Shown piece after piece: positions 47,154-54,264 of a stretch of DNA of 64,000 nt. The notes under the pieces are model-generated. The model worked only from the letters and a program-made list of their open reading frames with translations. It was not told the origin of the DNA and searched no databases. The translations under genes and the position numbers were made by a program. The stretch comes from a bacterium (lineage in GTDB: Bacteria > Bacteroidota > Ignavibacteria > Kapaibacteriales > UBA2268), in the NCBI GenBank assembly GCA_043804925.1, contig JAZDIP010000104.1, positions 63,538-127,537 on the forward strand, given 5' to 3'. How positions within the stretch are numbered: the first letter of the stretch is position 1; every line of letters starts with the position of its first letter.

Positions 47154-47552
47154 TCAGACAATTTGTTTGTATTTCTTATTTTCAAATCTTTTGAACTCAA
47201 GACTTTGAGCTCCAAAATTAATCAACAATCCGATTTCCAGATTGTATGCTTCCAAATAATTGATTGCCTGTGCTAAATGAACTTTCTCCAATTCAATCAA
47301 TGCTTTCAACTCAACTGAAATTTTATCTTCAACAAGAAAATCAACTCGTCTTTCACCAACTTCAACGTGTTTGTAATGAACTTTTATTGGTTGTTCTCTT
47401 ATGAATTTTATCTTTCTTAGCCGGAATTCTTCTGCTAATGCTCTTTGATAAATCAACTCCTGAAAACCATTGCCTAATGCTTTGTGTACTTCTAAAGCAG
47501 CACCAATAATTTTTGATGTCAATTCCGAATATTTATATTTTTCATTTATCAT
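47154..47552 (-). CDS. GxxExxY-family protein (PD-(D/E)XK nuclease-like), second copy.
   Basis: SKIIGAALEVHKALGNGFQELIYQRAL (GxxExxY) ... RVDFLVEDKISVELKAL. 132 aa. Flanked on both sides by direct repeats. Confidence 0.75.
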   Translation of the reverse strand: MINEKYKYSELTSKIIGAALEVHKALGNGFQELIYQRALAEEFRLRKIKFIREQPIKVHYKHVEVGERRVDFLVEDKISVELKALIELEKVHLAQAINYLEAYNLEIGLLINFGAQSLEFKRFENKKYKQIV

Positions 47553-47557
47553 AATTT

Positions 47558-47700
47558 TTTGTCTGAACTATGATTTTTGTGATTAATATGATTGCTGAGA
47601 TTATATTTGTCAGAACTGTGATTCATATGATTTTTATGATTGCCATGATTATTTATTATTCAAACATATTTATTTCTTCTTCTGGGGCATCTATTCTTTT
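47558..47700. repeat. Right-hand repeats flanking the GxxExxY gene: two GTCTGAACTATGATTTTTGTGATT-type words and the right copy of the ~55-bp direct repeat.
   Basis: tgtctgaactatgatttttgtgatt..tgtcagaactgtgattcatatgatttttatgatt..gattatttattattcaaacatatttatttcttcttctggggcatctattctttt. Confidence 0.65.
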
Positions 47701-47810
47701 GCTTGATTTCTTAAACGTTGTTTGCAATCCTTTGCCGGGGATTTGGACGGATTTGTGCATCTCCTTAAGCACATCGAGGCAGTTGCCGTAGTAGAGTTCG
47801 TTCATTACCT
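47664..47810 (-). pseudogene. Remnant of a DNA methyltransferase N-terminus (49-codon ORF); its 3' end forms the right direct repeat.
   Basis: The minus-strand ORF reads MNELYYGNCLDVLKEMHKSVQIPGKGLQTTFKKSSKRIDAPEEEINMFE. MNELYYGNCLDVLKEM is the classic N-terminus of N6/N4 DNA methylases (MNKLYYGDCLEVLK...), but the sequence diverges after ~16 aa and stops. A decayed copy of the same tail (KRIDTPEEEINMFYE*) sits at 47020-47068. Confidence 0.4.
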
Positions 47811-47820
47811 TAGTTCATAA

Positions 47821-47940
47821 AGTTTATAAAGTATAAAGTTTAAAAGTTTAAAAGTCCCAAAAGGAAAATTACGAAAGATTTGAGAGAAAAGCAAGAAGTC
47901 TGAAGACAGAAGTCAGAAGTCTGAATTCTCGTGAACCGAA
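47821..47940. repeat. Word-repeat spacer: (AAAGTTTAWAAG)n, then (GAAGTCWGAAGAC)n.
   Basis: ttagttcataaagtttataaagtataaagtttaaaagtttaaaag ... aagcaagaagtctgaagacagaagtcagaagtctgaa. Confidence 0.6.
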
Positions 47941-48038
47941 AACCGAAAAAATCACTTATGAAAAGGACATCTTATTATTCGTTGTGTTACCATAGTACAA
48001 TCCCTATCGGGATAGGCAATTGTTAATTGTTAATGATA

Positions 48039-48062
48039 TCCTTCGACAAGCTCAGGATGATA
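48039..48062. repeat. Hairpin repeat family copy in reverse orientation (atccttcgacaagctcaggatgat), preceded by (TTGTTAA) words.
   Basis: Reverse complement of the 11237 copy (atcatcctgagcttgtcgaaggat). Confidence 0.6.
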
Positions 48063-48390
48063 GGAGAAGGGGAGACGGCAGACGGCAGTCAAAAAGACAG
48101 AAAAATAAAAGATTTACAGGCAGGTGAAAGCCCAATTGTTTACATACTTTGCCCTGACAGGTTTTGTACTTCCGGCTTTGCCGTTGAACAATTCTCTTGA
48201 AATTGATGCGAGGTATTTAAAACTGTTGTTGGATTTAGAAAATTCCCCCTTTTCGTTTTCTCTATCATTTTTTAAATTTGAGAAAGCGAAAGAATAGTTG
48301 TATAATTCTATACCGTATCTGAATTCTGAGTGTATTCCCATTGTATTACCCAATCTATTTTATATATTAATTTAAAAAATTTGTGCGGAG

Positions 48391-48437
48391 CTATTAAGTA
48401 ACTATCTATAAATTGATAGCCCCGCACGCATTTATGA
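48391..48437. other. Strong isolated hairpin (12-bp stem with one mismatch, 21-nt loop) in non-coding DNA.
   Basis: gtgcggagctat-taagtaactatctataaattg-atagccccgcac. Confidence 0.5.
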
Positions 48438-49001
48438 AAACAAAATTCCCTTAAGCCGTCCAAATGTTCAGACATCTGTGCCAAATCCTTAATGCCCGAA
48501 GTTATGTGGGATTACTTGAGGTTCAACTATGATAAAAATCTTTTAATATCAATCAAACTTCCGACATTAATTTACTAATCCAAAAACCCTATCTATATTT
48601 ACCGAAAATGGCTGATTGCTCAAGAGAAAATAATATTTAAAAAATTATTTGGTCAATAAGCTAATCAAAAATTCTCCATCATATTGAAAAAATCTGTCCG
48701 GGAATTTTAAAACGGTTTCTATGAGGTTCAACTATGAATTACAAACTGGGCTTGCAAATCCCGGACAAATAATTTTTCTATAAGGAAATATTCTGTTTTC
48801 AAATAACAATCATAAAAGTACAAATAACTACATACAAAAAAACGAAATAGTATAAGCTTTAAATATAACTGTTTATATGATTTTATTGTAGAATAACAAA
48901 ACAATTATATGTAGTAAAAATTACTACATTTATTTTAAATTATTTTGTTATTATTTCGATAATCGTCTTAAGAAAGTCGTCCCAGAGTAATTACCGGGAA
49001 T

Positions 49002-49043
49002 ATGAAACCTGAGTTTATTATGTGTTTCAGGTTTCATTTTTTG
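49002..49043 (+). terminator. Strong plus-strand rho-independent terminator with no upstream plus-strand CDS; implies an unannotated plus-strand transcript (candidate sRNA).
   Basis: atgaaacctga-gtttattatgtgt-tcaggtttcat (11-bp perfect stem) followed by TTTTTT. There is no U-run in the minus orientation, so it does not serve the convergent minus-strand gene. Confidence 0.65.
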
Positions 49044-49086
49044 AGATTTTTAGTTTACGGTGATATAATTATCTTGGAACTTTTCA

Positions 49087-49869
49087 TTATTTGCTTTTAA
49101 TGCAGGGGCAAATTTTTTCTTTAATGGAATTATCAATGGTAATGTCTTCAAAGGGTACAAAATTCTTCACTAATTTCTTAACATTTTCGTAACCTTTGTT
49201 GACTCCGTCTGTGTTATCGAGCCAATATTGGTATGCTTGCCCGTTGGTCAATCTGCAGAATTGCATTAAAATAGCCGCAGAAATATAACCCGATTGATGC
49301 CAGCCGTTCCAGCAATGAAAATATATGGGACCTTTTTCGGGATTATTAATAACATCTTTAACCATCAGCATAATCCTTCTCAACTCTTTTTTGTTATTTC
49401 CGCCAATCTGAAAATAATTCAATGTATCGTTTGTACTCTCACTGATAGCAAATTTTTGTGCAATTGAAAAATTTGTCCCATAAAGATAAACAGCCGATGA
49501 AAATCCCTGATTAGATAAATTTTTCAAACCATCTTCCGGTAGGGGATTATGATTATCTCTTTTATGGTTTTTATGATAAAAGTTATTTGCACCGCCACGG
49601 TATGCTATTCCATGTAATATTGTCCTTAAATTACGTGTTCCATAAAGCGAGTCATAGCCATTTCCGAAATTATCGGTTATTTTTTCATTAGCACATTTAT
49701 TCCCAAATTTATTTTTGAAATATTCGACCTTATCAATAGCAAGTAATTTGATAGACGAACCTGTTACAAAAAAGCAACACAACAGGTAAGTAAAAAAAAA
49801 TGCCGTAATTATTTTTTTGTTTTTAACAATACCCTTCAAACTAATCATAAATCTTTTATTAAGTTTCAT
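49087..49869 (-). CDS. Secreted PTP/DSP-fold phosphatase-like protein with a degenerate P-loop.
   Basis: Signal/TM N-terminus. GPIYFHCWNGWHQSGYISAAILMQF resembles the HCxxGxxRS/T phosphatase P-loop, but has Gln in place of the usual Arg (CWNGWHQS). Confidence 0.4.
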   Translation of the reverse strand: MKLNKRFMISLKGIVKNKKIITAFFFTYLLCCFFVTGSSIKLLAIDKVEYFKNKFGNKCANEKITDNFGNGYDSLYGTRNLRTILHGIAYRGGANNFYHKNHKRDNHNPLPEDGLKNLSNQGFSSAVYLYGTNFSIAQKFAISESTNDTLNYFQIGGNNKKELRRIMLMVKDVINNPEKGPIYFHCWNGWHQSGYISAAILMQFCRLTNGQAYQYWLDNTDGVNKGYENVKKLVKNFVPFEDITIDNSIKEKICPCIKSK

Positions 49870-49905
49870 ATTAATTTTATCCTATTTAAGTCCAATACCC
49901 AAAGT

Positions 49906-51099
49906 TCAAATTACTCCCGAATCTTTTAATAATTGGATTTCCGTTTCTGAAAATCCCATTTCGGTCAATATCTCATTTGTATGTTCAGACAGTAACGGTG
50001 GGGGAGAATCCACAGTCCCGGGAGTTTTCTCAAATTTTGCTGTCATATTAAAAAGTTTTACAGTTCCAATTCCTTCGACATCAACAGAAGTAAAAGTATT
50101 TCTATGCTCGATTTGCGGAGATGTCAATGCATCAAATAAAGATAAAATCTCACCAGAAGGAACGCCTGCTTTATTTAATACTTCCGACCAATAAGAAGTT
50201 TCTTCCTCCACTAATTTTGCTTCTAATAAAGGTGTTAGCTTAAAGCGGTTTTTCTTTCGTGTATCTCTTTCCTTGAATCTCGTGTCTTCCTTTAATTCAG
50301 GAACCCCAAGCAAATCAGCAACGGCTTCCCATTGCTCCTGCTTGTTCGCCGCTATATTGATATAACCGTCTTTTGTTTTGAAAGTTCCCGAAGGTGCAGC
50401 AGTGAAATTATCATTTCCAAGTAGTTGCGGATGTTGACCACCAATTAATAAATTTGCCGCTACCCAACCCATCAAAGGCATTGTGGAATCAATCAAAGCA
50501 ACATCTATGAATTGACCTTCTCCGCTTTTTTCCCTGTGGTATAATGCTGACATAATAGCAAATGCTGCGTTTAATCCACCGACAGTATCGCAAAGCGGAA
50601 AACCTGCACGAAGCGGATTCAATCTCTCATCGCCATTGACAGCCATCACACCGCTCAAGCCCTGAATTATCTGGTCATAAGCCGGTTTCTTAGCATCAGG
50701 TCCGGTTTGCCCGAAGCCCGATATTGCACAGTAAATCAAATGGGGATTTATTTCAGATAATGCTTTGTAACCCAATCCCAATCGTTCCAAAACATCCGGT
50801 CTGAAGTTTTCGACTAAGACATCTGCAGTCGAAACAAGTTTTCTGAAAATCTCTTTAGCTTTATCTTCTTTCAGATTTAGAGTCATTGATTTTTTATTAG
50901 CATTTTGTGCAAGAAAGCTTGTACCCATCAGCTTTTTGTTATATTCAGGGACACAGCCGAGCTTACGTGCCAGGTCGCCTCCATCAGGATTTTCAACCTT
51001 AATAACTTCAGCACCCAACCAAGCCAAGTGCAATGTTGCAAATGGTCCCGACAAAACATTCGTCAAATCTAATACTCTAATTCCTTCAAGCAATTTCAT
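49906..51099 (-). CDS. CoA-transferase family III enzyme (CaiB/BaiF/formyl-CoA transferase-like).
   Basis: MKLLEGIRVLDLTNVLSGPFATLHLAWLGAEVIKVENPDGGDLAR is the hallmark N-terminus of family III CoA-transferases. 397 aa. Confidence 0.8.
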   Translation of the reverse strand: MKLLEGIRVLDLTNVLSGPFATLHLAWLGAEVIKVENPDGGDLARKLGCVPEYNKKLMGTSFLAQNANKKSMTLNLKEDKAKEIFRKLVSTADVLVENFRPDVLERLGLGYKALSEINPHLIYCAISGFGQTGPDAKKPAYDQIIQGLSGVMAVNGDERLNPLRAGFPLCDTVGGLNAAFAIMSALYHREKSGEGQFIDVALIDSTMPLMGWVAANLLIGGQHPQLLGNDNFTAAPSGTFKTKDGYINIAANKQEQWEAVADLLGVPELKEDTRFKERDTRKKNRFKLTPLLEAKLVEEETSYWSEVLNKAGVPSGEILSLFDALTSPQIEHRNTFTSVDVEGIGTVKLFNMTAKFEKTPGTVDSPPPLLSEHTNEILTEMGFSETEIQLLKDSGVI

Positions 51100-51204
51100 A
51101 TTTTCATCCGGTTTGTTAAATTAAAATTCAAAAATAATATAATTCCTTTATTTTCAATTTTCGACAAATTTAAAAAGAGCAATTTAAAAAACAAAATTTT
51201 AAAA

Positions 51205-51337
51205 CCATAATTCAATCCCTCCGGGATTGTGAAAACAAAAATAATTATCGTTTTCTACATATATTCAATCTCTCCGGGATTGTGAAATCCTTGGTTTACC
51301 ACTGCTACCATAGTTCAATCCCTCCGGGATTGTTCTT
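51205..51337. repeat. Mini-array of three palindromic direct repeats (a 24-30 bp core TTCAATCCCTCCGGGATTGTGAAA) separated by unrelated 20-29 bp spacers. CRISPR-like geometry, but no cas genes nearby; alternatively a REP/terminator hairpin cluster.
   Basis: Copies at 51211-51234, 51264-51287 and 51314-51334 (the last is degenerate at its distal end). The core forms the hairpin ttcaatccc-tcc-gggattg(t)gaa. Spacers are acaaaaataattatcgttttctacatata and tccttggtttaccactgctaccatag. Confidence 0.55.
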
Positions 51338-51388
51338 GCACCCTTCTCCCTTTTCCTTTCTCCTCCAATGGTTTCGCTTTTTCGTGTT

Positions 51389-51721
51389 TCAATAAGTTAA
51401 AACTTCATAAAGATTTTTCTTTATTTCATTTAACTGAAAATCTGTGATTTCTCCTATTTTATTGATTAATCTGTCCTTGCTGATAGTCCTGATTTGAAAT
51501 GTAATAATCTCGGAATCATTCTTTAAATTATTGTTGCTGTCAGCTTTTAACTGTACACATCCTGCATAACCTTTGAGTGCCGAACTTAATGGGCAAACGA
51601 TGCAGACATCAAGATTATCATTCATTGCATTACCGCTTATAATAACAACCGGTCTGATTCCCTGTTGTTCGGAACCTTTTGAAGGATTCAAATTAGCAAA
51701 AAATATTTCTTTTTGTTTCAT
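51389..51721 (-). CDS. MazF/PemK-family type II toxin (mRNA interferase).
   Basis: SKGSEQQGIRPVVIISGNAMN...VCIVCPLSS...ITFQIRTISKDRL matches the PemK/MazF fold signature. 4-bp overlap with the upstream antitoxin gene. Confidence 0.75.
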   Translation of the reverse strand: MKQKEIFFANLNPSKGSEQQGIRPVVIISGNAMNDNLDVCIVCPLSSALKGYAGCVQLKADSNNNLKNDSEIITFQIRTISKDRLINKIGEITDFQLNEIKKNLYEVLTY

Positions 51722-51960
51722 TTGTCCAATATCTCTAAAAAGTCCTCGATACCATCTTCTGTCAAGTTTTTAATCTCAATATCATTCTTGGCTTTTTGAA
51801 ATGATTTTGTGTATTCTTCCTTTTTCAGTTCATTAATGTAGTTTTTAACAGCTATACTAATTAATCTGCTTTTCGGAGTTTTCATTTTTTTAGAATAATC
51901 ATTAAGCAATGAAATTAATTCCGGTGATATTGTGCTCGTAAAAGTAACAGAGTTTCTCAT
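51718..51960 (-). CDS. Antitoxin partner of the MazF-like toxin (ribbon-helix-helix/CopG-like, 80 aa).
   Basis: VTFTSTISPELISLLNDYSKKMKTPKSRLISIAVKNYI is a typical RHH N-terminus. Position and overlap are typical of a type II TA pair. Confidence 0.6.
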   Translation of the reverse strand: MRNSVTFTSTISPELISLLNDYSKKMKTPKSRLISIAVKNYINELKKEEYTKSFQKAKNDIEIKNLTEDGIEDFLEILDK

Positions 51961-52205
51961 AAGATATTTACTATTTATATTTACAATAATATTTACATTT
52001 TACAAATATAACGAATATTTATATTTTATATTGTTAAATTACACTTTATTTCTCCTCTCTTCTCTCTTTTTCTTTCTTCCATTTTCCATTGTCGAACAAC
52101 GACTGACGACTACTTATCCATAAACTCATATACTCCATTCCATTCCTTGAGCAGTCCGACACATTTTCGCATCTGCAGATTCTTACAACGTTCTATGAAA
52201 AATGT

Positions 52206-52355
52206 CTACACCGGAACTTGTAGGTGCGAACGGCCGTTCCCCCCTACGTTTTCATATATTCGCTTTGCATTGTTGAAATCACCTTTTTGATACAAAGCAA
52301 ACGCTTCCTGCAATGTTTTTTCGTTTCTCTGTCTCGTTTCTTTCAAAAAACTCAA
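52206..52355 (-). pseudogene. N-terminal fragment (about 49 codons) of a TPR-repeat protein. The reading frame is broken at an inserted perfect palindrome GAACGGCCGTTC.
   Basis: The minus-strand frame reads (L)SFLKETRQRNEKTLQEAFALYQKGDFNNAKRIYENVGGNGRSHLQVPV*. LQEAFALYQKGDFNNAKRIYENV is a canonical TPR N-terminus. No continuation exists in any frame. The local GC is higher than the surroundings. Confidence 0.35.
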
Positions 52356-52370
52356 AGATAAAATAATATT

Positions 52371-53051
52371 TTACTTTACTTTATAAATTCCGTCTCGTTC
52401 GATATCTATTGAACCACCTTCGTAACCGCATTCTCCCATCCTCGGTGAATTAACTACAGGCATATTACCGTATTCTGCAAAATCAGCGCATGTCTCTTCA
52501 TGTTTTTTAGCACATTCTTCACAAAAAAACGAATAGTCATCATAATTGCATGTTGTACAAATAAACGCAGCCGGTTTTATTTTGCAAGTAACACACATCA
52601 GTTTCAAAGGTTGGTTACGTGATAAAAGGACAATATCATCTTTCAATCTTAACTGATAATTTTTTAGTCCCTTTAAATATGTTCTTGTTGTCGTACCAAA
52701 GTCATAATCATGATAAATTTTTATTCGGTCTACAAAAATGTCTTCAACAATATCTTTATTACTAATTTTGAAATTTTTATGTCCGAAACAACTCAAGTGT
52801 CCGCAGCAGTCAAGCCAAATATCTCTTAGAAAATTGTCAATTAATTTCATTTTTGCAGTTCCGTTTACGAGCAAATGTAAAAACATTTCACCCGCATCCA
52901 CAACAACATGGCAATAGTTTTTTGTACCATTACCACCATCATTTTTTTCCATTTCGGAAAGATGCATACCTAAGTGTTTACCCATCTCCCTCTGTGATAT
53001 CATCTTTTCACAAAAAAGACAGCTGCCTTCCGATTTTAATTCTTCTTCCAT
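52371..53051 (-). CDS. Cysteine-rich zinc-finger/zinc-ribbon protein of unknown function (226 aa).
   Basis: C2H2-like CLFCEKMISQREMGKHLGMH (C-x2-C-x12-H-x3-H); further CxxC pairs CVTC...CTTC and CEEC...C. Confidence 0.5.
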   Translation of the reverse strand: MEEELKSEGSCLFCEKMISQREMGKHLGMHLSEMEKNDGGNGTKNYCHVVVDAGEMFLHLLVNGTAKMKLIDNFLRDIWLDCCGHLSCFGHKNFKISNKDIVEDIFVDRIKIYHDYDFGTTTRTYLKGLKNYQLRLKDDIVLLSRNQPLKLMCVTCKIKPAAFICTTCNYDDYSFFCEECAKKHEETCADFAEYGNMPVVNSPRMGECGYEGGSIDIERDGIYKVK

Positions 53052-53137
53052 ATTACTTTTTCCCTTTTATCAATTAATAAGATATTTTCTTCATAAACCT
53101 TTATTCTTTTCCTTTCTCCCTTTTGCTTTCTCCTCTT

Positions 53138-54049
53138 TTAATGCTTAATCACATCCAATTTATACGAAAGTCCCGGCAGGTCTTTAATTAAAAATCCGGA
53201 AGCATATTTCGGAATTCCTTTTAATCTTTTTATATCAATATCCTTCCTGAATCCCATTTCCTGAAACATGGTAACAATATCTTCCGTAGCGACATTGCCA
53301 GCGGCTACTTTTGTAAATGGACAGCCACCTAAGCCACCAAATGCAGTTTCAAATATTTTCACACCAGTTTTATATGCGGCATAAACATTTGCCAATCCCA
53401 TTCCGAAAGTATTGTGGAAATGACATGCCGTAACAACGGAATTGTCCATTTCTTGAATAGTACTGAACATTCTTTCTACTTTTGCCGGATTTGCATATCC
53501 CGCAGTATCAGCCAAACTGATTGTAGTAATACCTGCATTTAGATATTCTTTGATAATTGAATAAACTTTTTCTTCGTCAATATCACCATCGAAACCGCAA
53601 CCGAAAGCTGATTGAACAGATGCCTGAACTTTTTTCCCTGCAGACATCGCCTCTTTTGCCATTTTGATGATTGTCTTTTGAGCTTCAGATGGCGTCATTC
53701 CCGTATTTTTCATGCTGTGGGTTTTGCTTGCGGAGACTCCCATACAGAACAGAGCAACACCACAAGCCATACCTCTTTCTAAACCTTTTTCATTCAAAAC
53801 CAATCCCGACAAAACCGCTTTTGCAGGTTTGTTTTCAGGTTGATTATAATACTCAAAAAGGTCATCTGTATCAGCCATTTGAAACACCTTTTTGGGATTC
53901 ACAAAAGAGCCGAGCTGTATAATATCAATGTTGGAGCCAATCATATCATCAGCCCATTGAATTTTTGTTATTGTCGGTACCGGTTCCGGCTCAATTTGAA
54001 GACCGTCACGCAATCCAACTTCGTGTATAAATATTTCCTGAATATCCAT
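53138..54049 (-). CDS. Hydroxymethylglutaryl-CoA lyase-like enzyme (DRE-TIM/pyruvate carboxyltransferase fold).
   Basis: HEVGLRDGLQIE..., ...HFHNTFGMGLANVYAAYKTGVKIFETAFGGLGGCPF... match HMG-CoA lyase signatures. Confidence 0.75.
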   Translation of the reverse strand: MDIQEIFIHEVGLRDGLQIEPEPVPTITKIQWADDMIGSNIDIIQLGSFVNPKKVFQMADTDDLFEYYNQPENKPAKAVLSGLVLNEKGLERGMACGVALFCMGVSASKTHSMKNTGMTPSEAQKTIIKMAKEAMSAGKKVQASVQSAFGCGFDGDIDEEKVYSIIKEYLNAGITTISLADTAGYANPAKVERMFSTIQEMDNSVVTACHFHNTFGMGLANVYAAYKTGVKIFETAFGGLGGCPFTKVAAGNVATEDIVTMFQEMGFRKDIDIKRLKGIPKYASGFLIKDLPGLSYKLDVIKH

Positions 54050-54264
54050 AATAGATTAAATATTGTAAAGAAACCAGTTGTTTTGTCAGTTGATACAACT
54101 GACATGAAAAAAAATACAATTTAAGAATTTGTCTGTATATAAAAAAAATGAAATTGTTGATATTCGATTTTGTAGGATAATATATTCTGAAGTGTATTGT
54201 TATACTGAATCCTGATTTATCGGGATTCAGTATAACAAAATAAACACATTTACATCTATCAAAT

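Noticed and set aside
47570-47791. Plus-strand ORF 47570..47791 (73 aa)
   Set aside because: It is antisense to the methyltransferase remnant and repeat words and has a hydrophobic low-complexity translation.
48517-48740. GGTTCAA motifs resembling a tRNA T-loop
   Set aside because: There are no flanking 5-bp T-stem complements, acceptor stem or anticodon arm. No tRNA cloverleaf could be built anywhere in the window.
51205-51337. Calling the 3-repeat array a bona fide CRISPR locus
   Set aside because: It has only three repeats of ~24 nt and no cas genes or leader within the window. It is kept as a CRISPR-like or REP-like repeat rather than typed as CRISPR.
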